Shown in pieces: positions 22,095 through 31,662 of a DNA stretch of 64,000 nucleotides. The stretch spans positions 288,001-352,000 of the forward strand of contig CAWJMB010000002.1 in assembly GCA_963843845.1 (NCBI GenBank), written 5' to 3'. A model generated the notes under the pieces. The model did no database searches and was not told the origin of the DNA. It saw only the letters and a program-made list of their open reading frames with translations. The first letter of the stretch is position 1. Each line of letters starts with the position of its first letter. Source of the DNA: an uncultured Gemmatimonadaceae bacterium (GTDB taxonomy: Bacteria > Gemmatimonadota > Gemmatimonadetes > Gemmatimonadales > Gemmatimonadaceae). The position numbers and the translations under genes were made by a program.

Positions 22095-22456
22095 ATGCCT
22101 GACGACACGCAGGACGTGCAGGGGATGCACAGCCCGACGATCGTCCGCTCGGGCGAGACGGCGTGGACCGAGACGGGCGTCGGCGTGCGGCGGCAGATCC
22201 TCGGCTACGGCCCCGACCTGATGCTCGTGCGCGTGGAGTTCGAGGCGGGGGGAGCGGCGCGCTGCACCACCACCCGCACCGGCAGGTCACGTACGTCGCC
22301 GCCGGCTCGTTCGAGGTGGTCGTCGGCGACGAGCGCACGACGCTCGTCGCCGGCGACTCGTTCTTCGCGAAGGCCGACGTCGAGCATGGCGTCACGGCGA
22401 TCGAGGCGGGAACGCTGATCGACGTGTTCACGCCGGCGCGAGCGGACTTCCTGTGA
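22095..22456 (+). CDS. kdgF: KdgF-like cupin (frameshift in G-run near 22250)
   Basis: GVRRQILGYGPDLMLVRVEFE continues, after adding one G, as GALHHHPHRQVTYV..G.F...HGV...GTLIDVFTPARADFL. Confidence 0.85.
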
Positions 22457-23793
22457 GCGGCCGGGGGGCGGGGGTCGGAGGTCGGGGATCGGGCGTTCGA
22501 CACCCGACCCCCGGTCCCCGATCCCCCATCAAGGGGCTCCGCTGGTGGATCATCGCGATGATCTGCCTCGTGACGATCATCAACTACATCGATCGCCAGA
22601 CGCTGAGCGTGCTCGCGCCGACGATCCGCGAGCAGTTCGGCATGACGAACGCGTCGTATTCGCGCGTCGTCACGACGTTCCTCCTCGGCTACACGATCTC
22701 GCAGGCGCTGTCGGGGAAGCTGCTCGACCGGATCGGGACGCGCGCCGGCTTCATGCTGTTCGTCGGCATCTGGACCGTGGCGTCGGTGGCGCATGCGTTC
22801 GCGCGCAACGTGACCCAGCTCTCGGCCTTCCGCTTCGTGCTCGGGATCGGCGAGGCGGGGAACTGGCCCGGCGCGGCGAAGGCGGTGGCCGAGTGGTTCC
22901 CGATCCGCGAGCGCGCGTTCGCGATGTCGATCTTCAACGGCGGATCGACGATCGGCGCCGTGGTGGCGCCCCCGCTCATCGCGTTCGTCGCGCTGAACTA
23001 CGGCTGGCGCTACGCGTTCTTCATCGGCGCCTCGCTGTCGCTCGTGCTGATGACGCTCTGGTACTTCTTCTTCCGCGCGCCGGCCGAGCACCCGCGACTG
23101 TCGGAGGAGGAGCGGGCGTACATCCTCGCGGGGCAAGCTGAATCCGCGATCCCCGATCCCCGGGTCGCACCGCGTCGCCCGTGGCTCTCGCTCTTCCGCC
23201 ACCGCCAGGTCTGGGCGCTCATCGCGGCGCGCTTCTTCACCGACCCGATCTGGTGGTTTCTGATCTCGTGGCTGCCGAACTACCTCAAGTCGGAGCGCGG
23301 GTTCGGCCTGGCGCAGATCGGGCTGCTCGCGTGGATTCCCTTCCTCTTCGCCGACGCCGGCAATCTGTCGGGCGGCGCCGTGTCGAGTCTGCTCATCCGT
23401 CGCGGCTGGACGGTCGACGCCGCGCGCAAGGCGGTACTGCTGCCGAGCGCGCTGCTCATTCCGTTGGGCGTCGTGACGATCCTCTTCACGCGGAGCGACG
23501 CGCTCGCGATCGCCGGCATCAGCCTCGTCGCCTTCGCGTTCCAGAGCTGGATCGTGAACGTCCACACGCTGCCGAGCGACTGCTTCCCGACGCAGGACGT
23601 CGGCTCGGTGTTCGGCATCGGCGGCACGGCGGCGGGGATCGCGAGCATGGGGTTCACCCTGCTCGTCGGGTGGGTCGTCGATCGGTACTCGTACACGCCG
23701 GTGTACGTGATGGTCGGGCTGATGGCGCCGCTGGCGGCGATCCTGTTCCTCGTCGTCATGCGGCGGATCGAACGGGTGCCCGAGGCGGCGTGA
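22453..23793 (+). CDS. MFS hexuronate transporter (ExuT-like, ACS family)
   Basis: LRWWII...INYIDRQTL, GEAGNWPGAAKAVAEWFP..ER, RFFTDPIWWF..WLP.YL. Confidence 0.9.
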   Translation: MSGRGAGVGGRGSGVRHPTPGPRSPIKGLRWWIIAMICLVTIINYIDRQTLSVLAPTIREQFGMTNASYSRVVTTFLLGYTISQALSGKLLDRIGTRAGFMLFVGIWTVASVAHAFARNVTQLSAFRFVLGIGEAGNWPGAAKAVAEWFPIRERAFAMSIFNGGSTIGAVVAPPLIAFVALNYGWRYAFFIGASLSLVLMTLWYFFFRAPAEHPRLSEEERAYILAGQAESAIPDPRVAPRRPWLSLFRHRQVWALIAARFFTDPIWWFLISWLPNYLKSERGFGLAQIGLLAWIPFLFADAGNLSGGAVSSLLIRRGWTVDAARKAVLLPSALLIPLGVVTILFTRSDALAIAGISLVAFAFQSWIVNVHTLPSDCFPTQDVGSVFGIGGTAAGIASMGFTLLVGWVVDRYSYTPVYVMVGLMAPLAAILFLVVMRRIERVPEAA

Positions 23794-23812
23794 ACTCGCT
23801 CGGAGTGTCGCC

Positions 23813-24862
23813 GTGCAGATGACCTTCCGGTGGTACGGCGCGACCGACGCCGTTCCACTCGCCCACATCCGCCAGATCCCGGGCGTGCGCGGCGTCGTGA
23901 GCGCGCTCTACGACGTGCCGGTCGGCGACGTGTGGCGGCGCGACGCCGTGCAGCAGCTCGCGGACACGATCGACGCCGCCGGCCTCGCGCTCGCCGTCGT
24001 CGAGAGCATCCCGGTCCACGAAGACATCAAGCTCGGCCGGGCGTCGCGCGACCGGCTCGTCGACCGGTACTGCGACAGCGTTCGGCACCTGGGCGAGGTG
24101 GGCGTGCCCGTGCTGTGCTACAACTTCATGCCGGTGTTCGACTGGACGCGCACCGACCTCGCGCGTCGGCTCCCCGACGGCTCGACCGCGCTCGCCTACG
24201 ACCACGAGCAGCTCGCCCGCATCGACCTGTCGCGCGGCACCGGTGACCTCCCCGGCTGGGCGACCGCGTACTCGGCCGACGAGCTCGCGGCGCTGCTGCA
24301 CGCGTACGCACAGGTCGACGCCGAACGACTGTGGGCGAACCTCGCCTACTTCCTCGAGCGCGTCGTGCCGGTCGCGGCCGAGTCGAACGTGCGGATGGCG
24401 ATCCATCCGGACGATCCGCCGTGGCCGATCTTCGGCCTGCCGAGAATCGTCACGAACGCCGCCGCGCTCGACCGACTCGTCGACCTCGTCGATTCGCCGG
24501 CGAACGGCGTCACGTTCTGCACCGGATCGTTAGGCGCTGACCCGGCGAACGACCTTCCGGCGATGGCGCGGCGGCTCGGCGAGCGCGGGCGCATCAACTT
24601 CATGCACTGCCGCAACGTGCGCGTGACCGGGGAGCGCCGCTTCAACGAGTGCGAGCACCCGACCGCGTTCGGCGCGGTCGACATGCGTGGTGTGTTGCAG
24701 GCGCTCCACGACACCGGCTACACGGGGCCGATGCGCCCCGATCACGGCCGCATGATCTGGGGCGAACGAGGGCGTCCGGGGTACGGGTTGTACGACCGCG
24801 CGTTGGGCGCGATGTACTTGCAGGGGCTGTGGGAAGGGCTGGCACGCGACGACACCGTCTGA
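23813..24862 (+). CDS. uxuA: Mannonate dehydratase
   Basis: MTFRWYG, VVESIPVHEDIK, CYNFMPVFDWTRT, AIHPDDPP, RPDHGR, PGYGLYDRALG. Confidence 0.95.
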   Translation: MQMTFRWYGATDAVPLAHIRQIPGVRGVVSALYDVPVGDVWRRDAVQQLADTIDAAGLALAVVESIPVHEDIKLGRASRDRLVDRYCDSVRHLGEVGVPVLCYNFMPVFDWTRTDLARRLPDGSTALAYDHEQLARIDLSRGTGDLPGWATAYSADELAALLHAYAQVDAERLWANLAYFLERVVPVAAESNVRMAIHPDDPPWPIFGLPRIVTNAAALDRLVDLVDSPANGVTFCTGSLGADPANDLPAMARRLGERGRINFMHCRNVRVTGERRFNECEHPTAFGAVDMRGVLQALHDTGYTGPMRPDHGRMIWGERGRPGYGLYDRALGAMYLQGLWEGLARDDTV

Positions 24863-24875
24863 CAGGCACTCGCTC

Positions 24876-26111
24876 ATGATCAAGCTGGCTCTCGCGCTCG
24901 TTCTCGCCGTGCTGCCGACCGTGGCGTCGGGGCAGTTCGTCGGCGTCTCGCCGCGCCGCAACGACGCCGAGCCGCGTGTCTTCCTCATGCGCACCGAGAA
25001 CCTGACCGACGCGCGGCAGCGGGTGCTCGCCGGGGACAGGCGGCTGCAGGCGGCGTACGCCGCGCTCGATCAGCAGGCGAAGGCGGCGATGCGCGTCGGC
25101 CCGTTCGCCGTCACCGACAAACGCCGCACGGCGCCGAGCGGCGACAAGCACGACTACGTGAGCCTCGGGCCGTACTGGTGGCCGGACTCGACGAAGCCCG
25201 GCGGACTGCCGTACGTGCAGCGCGACGGACAGGTGAATCCGGAGAACCGCCTCGACTCCGACTCGCCGCACTTCCTGAAGTTCGTCGACGCCGTCGAGAC
25301 GCTCGCGCTCGCCGGGTGGTTCACGCGCAACGACGACTACACGCGGCGGGCGGCGCTGCTCATCCGCACCTGGTTTCTCGCGCCGGCGACGCGGATGAAC
25401 CCGAACCTGCTGTACGCGCAGGGAATCCCCGGCATCACGGACGGGCGCGGGATCGGCATCATCGACACGCGCGACATCGCGCGCGTCATCGACGCGATCG
25501 GCCTCGTCGCGACGACGCCGTACTGGACGGACCGCGACGAGCGCGAGATGCAGGCGTGGTGCAAGTCGTTCCTGACCTGGCTCACGACGCACCCGTACGG
25601 GATCGACGAGCGCGACGCGGCGAACAACCACGGTGTGTGGTACGACGCGCAGATCGCCGCGCTCGCGCTCTACGTGCGCGACGTGCCGCTCGCGCAACGC
25701 ACCATCGCGCAGAGCGCGGCGCAGCGGTTCACGGCGCAGGTGCGCCCCGACGGCGAGATGCCGCTCGAGACGGCCCGCACGCGGCCGCTGCACTACACCC
25801 TGTTCACGCTCGAGCCGTTCGAGCGGCTCGCGGAGCTCGGCCGGCATGTCGGGGTCGACTTCTGGCGCTGGCAGTCGCCGAGCGGAGCGACGCTGCTGGG
25901 CGCGGCGCAGTGGGTCGCGCGCTACGCCGACGCCACGGTCGCGCGGCCGAAGGCGGACGTCATGCCGGTGGCGCCCGACGAGTTCCTCCTCCCGCTGCGG
26001 CGCGCCGTGCAGGTGTTCGGCGACCCGGTGACCGCGGCGGCGATCGGGAAGCTGCCGGCGGACGTCGTGGAGGCCGATCGATCGCGGCTGCTGTATCCGG
26101 ACGTGCCGTGA
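24876..26111 (+). CDS. Alginate_lyase-domain polysaccharide lyase, PL38-like (paralogue 2)
   Basis: Signal peptide; PSGDKHDYVSLGPYWWP, RDGQVNP, TRMNPNL, GIGIIDT, NNHGVWY, RTRPLHY. Confidence 0.85.
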   Translation: MIKLALALVLAVLPTVASGQFVGVSPRRNDAEPRVFLMRTENLTDARQRVLAGDRRLQAAYAALDQQAKAAMRVGPFAVTDKRRTAPSGDKHDYVSLGPYWWPDSTKPGGLPYVQRDGQVNPENRLDSDSPHFLKFVDAVETLALAGWFTRNDDYTRRAALLIRTWFLAPATRMNPNLLYAQGIPGITDGRGIGIIDTRDIARVIDAIGLVATTPYWTDRDEREMQAWCKSFLTWLTTHPYGIDERDAANNHGVWYDAQIAALALYVRDVPLAQRTIAQSAAQRFTAQVRPDGEMPLETARTRPLHYTLFTLEPFERLAELGRHVGVDFWRWQSPSGATLLGAAQWVARYADATVARPKADVMPVAPDEFLLPLRRAVQVFGDPVTAAAIGKLPADVVEADRSRLLYPDVP

Positions 26112-27436
26112 ACCGCCGGGGATCGGGGATCGGCGATCGGGGCTCGACGCGCGGGGTCGCCGCACTCGTGCTGTGCCTCACGGTCCTCGGCGCGTGCGCG
26201 TCGACGAACGGGACGAACGTGGCGGGCGGTGCGAACGTGGCGAACGTGGCGAACGTGGCGAGCGGTGCGCTCGGTCCCGTCCGACTCGCGTCGGCGACGG
26301 CGCTCGACTCGGCGGCGCGGCGGGCGATCGAGTCCGCGACGCGGACGCTCGCCGCGACGGCGGACGCGCTCGACCCGGCGAACGGCTTTCCTCGCATGAC
26401 CGACGCGAGCGGGCGCTGGGTCGTGCAGCCGGTCACGCAGTGGACGAGCGGGTTCTTTCCGGGCTCGCTCTGGTATCTGTATGCGCTGACCGGCGACGCG
26501 GCGTGGCGCGCGCGCGCCGAGCGGTGGCAGGCGCCGCTCGCGCCGACGGCGGCGCGCACGAACACGCACGACCTGGGATTCCTGCTCTTCGACAGCTTCG
26601 GGCTCGACGCGCGGCTGACTGGCGACACGCTGGCGCGGACCGTCGTGCTCCGGGCGAGTCGCTCGCTCGCGGCGCGCTTCAACCCGATCGTCGGCGCGAT
26701 CAAGAGCTGGGACGTCGACACGGTCGACGACCGGCGCCGCGACTGGCCCGGGCGCTTTCCGGTCATCATCGACAACATGATGAACCTGGAGATGCTCTGG
26801 TGGGCCGCTCGGCAGCCGGGCGGCGATCCGCGGTGGGCCACGATCGCGACACGCCACGCCGAAACGTCGCTCCGCGCGCACGTGCGCGACGACGCGACCA
26901 CGGCGCACGTCGCGCTGTTCGATCCGCGAACCGGTGCGCTCCTCGGACGTGTGACGTGGCAGGGACACGCCGACAGCTCCGTGTGGTCGCGCGGGCAGGC
27001 GTGGGCCGCGTACGGCTTCACGGCGGCGTACCGCGAGACGCGGCGTCCGGAGTTCCTCGCCGGCGCGCGCCGCACCGCCGACTGGTTTCTCGCGCACCTG
27101 CCAGCCGATCAGGTGCCGTACTGGGACTTCCTTCACCCCGACATCCCGCGCGCCGAGCGCGACGCGTCGGCCGCGGCCGTCATGACATCCGCGCTGTTCG
27201 AGCTGGCACGCCTCGCCGAGGGGGACGAGCGCGCCCGCTACCGGACGGCGGCGGAGCACATCCTGGCGTCGCTGTGCGCGAACTACCTCGGTCCGAGCGC
27301 GTCGAACGCGGCGCTGCTGCTCCACGCGACCGGCAACCGTCCGGCGAACGGAGAGATCGACACGGGGATCGTGTACGCCGACTACTACTTCCTCGAGGCG
27401 CTCTACCGGTACGAGCAGTCGAGAGTCGTGCGATGA
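26108..27436 (+). CDS. GH88 unsaturated glucuronyl hydrolase, lipoprotein
   Basis: Lipobox LGAC; WTSGFFPGSLW, THDLGF, VIIDNMMNLE, WSRGQAW, VPYWDF, DASAAA, YADYYFLEAL. Confidence 0.9.
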   Translation: MNRRGSGIGDRGSTRGVAALVLCLTVLGACASTNGTNVAGGANVANVANVASGALGPVRLASATALDSAARRAIESATRTLAATADALDPANGFPRMTDASGRWVVQPVTQWTSGFFPGSLWYLYALTGDAAWRARAERWQAPLAPTAARTNTHDLGFLLFDSFGLDARLTGDTLARTVVLRASRSLAARFNPIVGAIKSWDVDTVDDRRRDWPGRFPVIIDNMMNLEMLWWAARQPGGDPRWATIATRHAETSLRAHVRDDATTAHVALFDPRTGALLGRVTWQGHADSSVWSRGQAWAAYGFTAAYRETRRPEFLAGARRTADWFLAHLPADQVPYWDFLHPDIPRAERDASAAAVMTSALFELARLAEGDERARYRTAAEHILASLCANYLGPSASNAALLLHATGNRPANGEIDTGIVYADYYFLEALYRYEQSRVVR

Positions 27437-27533
27437 CCGAACGCGCGGGAGGACGGCCTCTCTTCTAAAGATGTGGCGTGGTCGCCACATGCCGCTTCCG
27501 ACTCGTCACATTCACTATTGCACATTACCACCG

Positions 27534-27550
27534 CCGGTGTAACACTTGCC
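27534..27550 (+). promoter_or_regulatory. Candidate sigma54 (-24/-12) promoter
   Basis: CCGG-TGTAACACTT-GC has exact GG-N10-GC spacing with TTGC, about 43 nt upstream of a PEP-CTERM gene. Confidence 0.45.
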
Positions 27551-27592
27551 CTTACCGTACTCAGCCGTATGCCCTCGATACCGCTTGATCTC

Positions 27593-28285
27593 ATGAAGAA
27601 GCTCGTAGCCGTAGCCGCTCTCTTGCTCGCAGTCGTCGCCCCGCGCACGTCGTCCGCCGGATCGACCTATCGCACGTTCACCGACCGCGCGGCGTACATG
27701 GCGTCGCTGTTCAGCGGCACCACGTCGTTCACCCCGACGCCGGTCGACGGCAGCAGCGCGGTCGGTCCGATCGCTCTGACCACGAGCGGCGCCTGCGCGC
27801 TCCCGCCGAGCGTGTTCGGCGGCGTCATCGCGTTCGCGACGCAGGATGACGGCTCGGGGGCGACGTGTCCGGCGGGTGGGGCAGCGACGCTGAACTTCAA
27901 CACGGGTGCGCCGGGCATCGTCGGATTCGGCGTCGACCTCGGATCGCTGGGCGGCGACGCCACCGTCAGCGCGTTGGCCTCGTTCGGCGGCCCGGGGTTC
28001 ACGCCGGAAAGCGGCAACAACCCGCAGACGTACACCCTCCTCGCGAACGCGAACACGCAGAGCTTCTTCGGTGTCATCCTCACGCCGGGTTTCATCGGGC
28101 CCCAGGAGATCTCCTCGGTCTCGGTGAGTGTGACGAGCCCCAACGGGCTCATCGGCCTCGACGACGTGACGTACGCGACGTTCACCCCCGCGTCGACCGT
28201 CCCGGAGCCGACGACGCTCGTCCTCCTCGGCGGCGGGCTCGCGGCGATCGGTGGGCTGGCTGCGCGCCGGCGCCGCTCGGCGTAA
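27593..28285 (+). CDS. PEP-CTERM sorting domain protein
   Basis: Signal peptide MKKLVAVAALLL; C-terminal VPEPTTLVLLGGGLAAIGGLAARRRR. Confidence 0.92.
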   Translation: MKKLVAVAALLLAVVAPRTSSAGSTYRTFTDRAAYMASLFSGTTSFTPTPVDGSSAVGPIALTTSGACALPPSVFGGVIAFATQDDGSGATCPAGGAATLNFNTGAPGIVGFGVDLGSLGGDATVSALASFGGPGFTPESGNNPQTYTLLANANTQSFFGVILTPGFIGPQEISSVSVSVTSPNGLIGLDDVTYATFTPASTVPEPTTLVLLGGGLAAIGGLAARRRRSA

Positions 28286-28299
28286 CGGCAGCGAGCAGT

Positions 28300-28340
28300 G
28301 CACGAAGGGCCGGCGCGAACCTCGCGCCGGCCCTTCGTGC
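28300..28340. terminator. Perfect 19-bp hairpin between convergent genes
   Basis: GCACGAAGGGCCGGCGCGA-ACC-TCGCGCCGGCCCTTCGTGC; no U-tract. Confidence 0.6.
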
Positions 28341-28387
28341 GTCGGAGAGTCGCGCTCGGCGCCGTCGCCGGCGCCGTTCAGCGCCGT

Positions 28388-29932
28388 TCAGCGCCGCCGG
28401 CGCGCGAGGGCGTGGGCGAGGAGCACCCCAACCGCGATCAGCGTCGAGACGACCCCGACGGTGTCGCCGAAGCGCACGAATGGTGTCACGACGTCGGTCG
28501 TCGACACGGCGAACGTCGGCGCGGCGGCGACGAACAGCGCCGTCTCGCCGGCGATCCGCCCGAGCGGGTCGATGAGTGCGGAAGGGCCCGAGTTCGCGTC
28601 CTGCACGGCGCTCATGCGCGTCTCGACCGCGCGGAGGCGCAGGTGCGCGAGGTGCTGCGACGGGCCGGGGGTGCGGCCGAGCCACGCGTCGTTCGTGAGC
28701 ACGACGAGGAAGTCGGCTCCGCGCTGCCGGACGCCGCGCGCCGCCGCCGGGAACGCAGACTCGAAACAGATGAGCACGCCGGCGCGCCCGATGCCCACGC
28801 GGAACGGCGGCTGCGCTCCCCCGTGCCCGAAGCCCTGCGTTCCCTGGGTCAGGAAGGGGAGGTAGCGCACGAAGGGCGTCATCTCGAGCAGCGGAACGAG
28901 CGTCTCCTTGCGATAGTGCTGCGCCGCGTCGAGCGTGCCGTCGCGCCCGGTCAGGAGCGCCGAGTTGTAGATGAGAAACTGCCCGCCGCCGAGCACGTCG
29001 AGGTCGACGACGCCGCTGACGAGCGGTGCGTCGACGGCGCGCGTGACGGCGCGGAGGGTGTCCGTCCACTCCGGGAACTCGCGTAGAAAGCCGTTCAGCG
29101 CCGTCTCCGGCCAGACCACCAGGTCCGAGCGCCGGGCGGCGGTCGCGCGGCTCATCGCCGCCAACCGCCCGACCTGCTCGCGCTCGGTGCCGCCGGTGCT
29201 CTTCTCCTCCTGCGGCACGTTCGGCTGGATCACCGTGACGCGGCCGAGCGGCTGCAGGGTGATCGTGGCGAGCCGGAGCGCTCCGTAGCCGGCGAGCGCG
29301 CCGACGGTGAGGGTCGCGCCGGCGAGACGGAGGGCGACGGCGCGGGCGCCCGACCGGCGGGCGAGCCACGCGCTCGCCACGAAGCCGCCGGCCATGGCGA
29401 GCACGAACGCCACGCCGCTCGGCCCGCTCAGTTCGGCGGACTGCGCGAAGAGGGGGTGCTGCGCGACGGAGAGCGCGAGGGGCATCCACGACAGCCCGAT
29501 GTCGGGCACGTGCGCCACGATCCACTCGCCGGCGACCCACCCGACGCCGAGCGCGGGGGCGACCGGCCACCGCCAGCGCGTGACGAGGTACCAGAGGATC
29601 GCCGCCGCGATCGCCGGGATGCTGCCGACGAACAGCGCGGTGAACGGAATGCCGAAGCCGCCGACGATCGGCCCTGCGCGCGCGAGCACCAGCGCCGCCC
29701 ACCAGGCCGACGCCCAGGCTCCGAGAATGCCGAGCCACCAGCCGTCGCGAACGGCGGTGCGCGCGCGGGCTCGCGGCGTGTCGAGCACGAGGGCGGCGAG
29801 CAGCGCCGGAACGCCGATCCCGGCGGCGACGCTCCCGACCGGCGGCATCGCGAGTCCGAACAGCGCGCCGCCGGCGGCGGCGAGCGCGGCGGCGCGGGGG
29901 GTCGGAACGAGGCGGCGAAGTCGTGCGATCAT
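28388..29932 (-). CDS. lnt: Apolipoprotein N-acyltransferase
   Basis: TM N-domain; VIQPNV, VVWPETA, YNSA, YRKETLVPLLE, LICFESAF, TNDAW, QH, RAVETR, ANSGPSALIDPLG. Confidence 0.9.
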   Translation of the reverse strand: MIARLRRLVPTPRAAALAAAGGALFGLAMPPVGSVAAGIGVPALLAALVLDTPRARARTAVRDGWWLGILGAWASAWWAALVLARAGPIVGGFGIPFTALFVGSIPAIAAAILWYLVTRWRWPVAPALGVGWVAGEWIVAHVPDIGLSWMPLALSVAQHPLFAQSAELSGPSGVAFVLAMAGGFVASAWLARRSGARAVALRLAGATLTVGALAGYGALRLATITLQPLGRVTVIQPNVPQEEKSTGGTEREQVGRLAAMSRATAARRSDLVVWPETALNGFLREFPEWTDTLRAVTRAVDAPLVSGVVDLDVLGGGQFLIYNSALLTGRDGTLDAAQHYRKETLVPLLEMTPFVRYLPFLTQGTQGFGHGGAQPPFRVGIGRAGVLICFESAFPAAARGVRQRGADFLVVLTNDAWLGRTPGPSQHLAHLRLRAVETRMSAVQDANSGPSALIDPLGRIAGETALFVAAAPTFAVSTTDVVTPFVRFGDTVGVVSTLIAVGVLLAHALARRRR

Positions 29933-29964
29933 GCGGTTCGTCAATGTACCGGGGTGTCGCGTCC

Positions 29965-29990
29965 GTCATCCCGAGCGCAGCGAGGGTGAC
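29965..29990. repeat. REP-like element (GTCATCCCGAGCGCAGCGAGGGTGAC)
   Basis: Intergenic hairpin related to 12716-12740. Confidence 0.55.
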
Positions 29991-30072
29991 CGGCTGACGG
30001 GCGAGCGCCAACGCCCCCCCGTCGCGCTGCGTAGCTCACCGACGACCGAACGTTCCCCGCATCACACTCCCA

Positions 30073-31662
30073 ATGACCGACCGCCGCGATTTCCTCAAGA
30101 CGCTCGGCGCCGTGACGCTCGCCGCGGGGGTCGCCCGCCCGCTCGACGCGGCCACCCGTCTCGTCGCGCCGCCCGTGCTGTACACCGACCCCGCGATCGC
30201 CGAGCTGGCGCTCGACGCGCTGCAGGCGGCGAAAGACGCCGGGGCGACCTACGCCGACGTGCGCTTCGGGCGCTACCGGCGGCAGTCGGTGAGCACGCGC
30301 GAGCGGCAGGTCACCGGCGTCAGCGACAGCGAGTCGTACGGCGTCGGCATCCGCGCGCTCGTCGGCGGCGCGTGGGGGTTCGCGTCGACGGCGGACGTGA
30401 CGAAGGAGAACCTGCGGCGCACGGCGACCGAGGCCGTCCGGACGGCGCGGGCGGCGAAGCGCGTGCAGCGGCGCCCGGTGGAGCTGGCGCCGGTGGCGGC
30501 GGCGAAGGGCGTGTGGAAGACGCCGATCCGGGTCGACCCGATGGACGTGCCGATCGAGGAGAAGGTCGCGCTGCTGCTCGCGACGAACGAGGCGGCGCTC
30601 AAGGTGAAGGGGGTGCGCTTCGCGAGCACGAGCGTGAGCGCGCTGCGTGAGGAGAAGACGCTCGCGACGACCGACGGCACGATGGTCACGCAGACGTTCT
30701 ACCGCACGTGGCCGACGTTCAGCGCGACGGCCATCGGGACCGGGGGCTTCGAGTCGTACAACGAAGAGCTCGCGCCGCGCGGCTCGGGGTGGGAGTACGT
30801 CACGTCGCTCGACATGCCGAACGCCGCCGAGCAGTGGGCGTCGCGCGCCGCGGAGAAGCTGACCGCGAAGTCGCTCGAGCCGGGGCGCTACGACGTCGTG
30901 CTCGACCCGCGCAACCTCTGGCTCACGATTCACGAGAGCGTCGGCCACGCGCTCGAGCTCGACCGCGCGATGGGCTACGAAGCGAACTACGCCGGCACGA
31001 GCTTCGTCGCCCCGCCCGACAAAGTGCTCAACACGCTCCAATTCGGCTCGCCGCTCATGACGGTGCGCGCCGACCGCACGACGCCCGACTCGCTCGCCCG
31101 CGTCGCCTGGGACGACGAAGGCGTGCCGGCCGAGCAGTGGACGCTGATCGACAAGGGCGTCGTGAAGGACTATCAGACGACGCGCGAGCAGGCGGCGTGG
31201 ATCGCGCCGCTGACCGGCGTGCGGCGCTCGCACGGCTGCTCGTTCGCGCAGTCGTGGAGCGACGTGCCGTTCCAGCGGATGCCGAACGTGTCGCTGCTGC
31301 CGAACGAGCGCGACGTCACGCTCGACGACATCGTCGCGGCGACCGACCGCGGCGTGATGTTCACGAACCGCGCGACGTATTCGATCGACCACCAGCGCTA
31401 CAACTTCCAGTTCGGCGGCCAGGCGGCGTGGGAGATCCGCAAGGGGAAGATCGTGGGCATGGTGAAGGACTGCGCGTACCAGGCGACGACGACGAACTTC
31501 TGGAAGTCGCTCGACATGCTGGGCGGCCGCTCCTCCTACTTCCTCGGCGGGACGTTCAACGACGGCAAGGGAGAGCCGGGGCAGTCGAACCAGGTGAGCC
31601 ACGGCTGCCCGGCGTGCCGCTTCACGAACATCAACGTCATCAACACGGGGAGCGCGTCGTGA
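30073..31662 (+). CDS. tldD: TldD-family metalloprotease with twin-arginine signal
   Basis: MTDRRDFLKTLG; IHESVGHALELD, WDDEGV, QRMPNVSL, DGKGEPGQSNQVSHGCP. Confidence 0.9.
   Translation: MTDRRDFLKTLGAVTLAAGVARPLDAATRLVAPPVLYTDPAIAELALDALQAAKDAGATYADVRFGRYRRQSVSTRERQVTGVSDSESYGVGIRALVGGAWGFASTADVTKENLRRTATEAVRTARAAKRVQRRPVELAPVAAAKGVWKTPIRVDPMDVPIEEKVALLLATNEAALKVKGVRFASTSVSALREEKTLATTDGTMVTQTFYRTWPTFSATAIGTGGFESYNEELAPRGSGWEYVTSLDMPNAAEQWASRAAEKLTAKSLEPGRYDVVLDPRNLWLTIHESVGHALELDRAMGYEANYAGTSFVAPPDKVLNTLQFGSPLMTVRADRTTPDSLARVAWDDEGVPAEQWTLIDKGVVKDYQTTREQAAWIAPLTGVRRSHGCSFAQSWSDVPFQRMPNVSLLPNERDVTLDDIVAATDRGVMFTNRATYSIDHQRYNFQFGGQAAWEIRKGKIVGMVKDCAYQATTTNFWKSLDMLGGRSSYFLGGTFNDGKGEPGQSNQVSHGCPACRFTNINVINTGSAS

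Noticed and set aside
22095..22456. kdgF frameshift as programmed or phase-variable
   Set aside because: A one-base loss in a short G run is the typical long-read error, and nothing else supports recoding.
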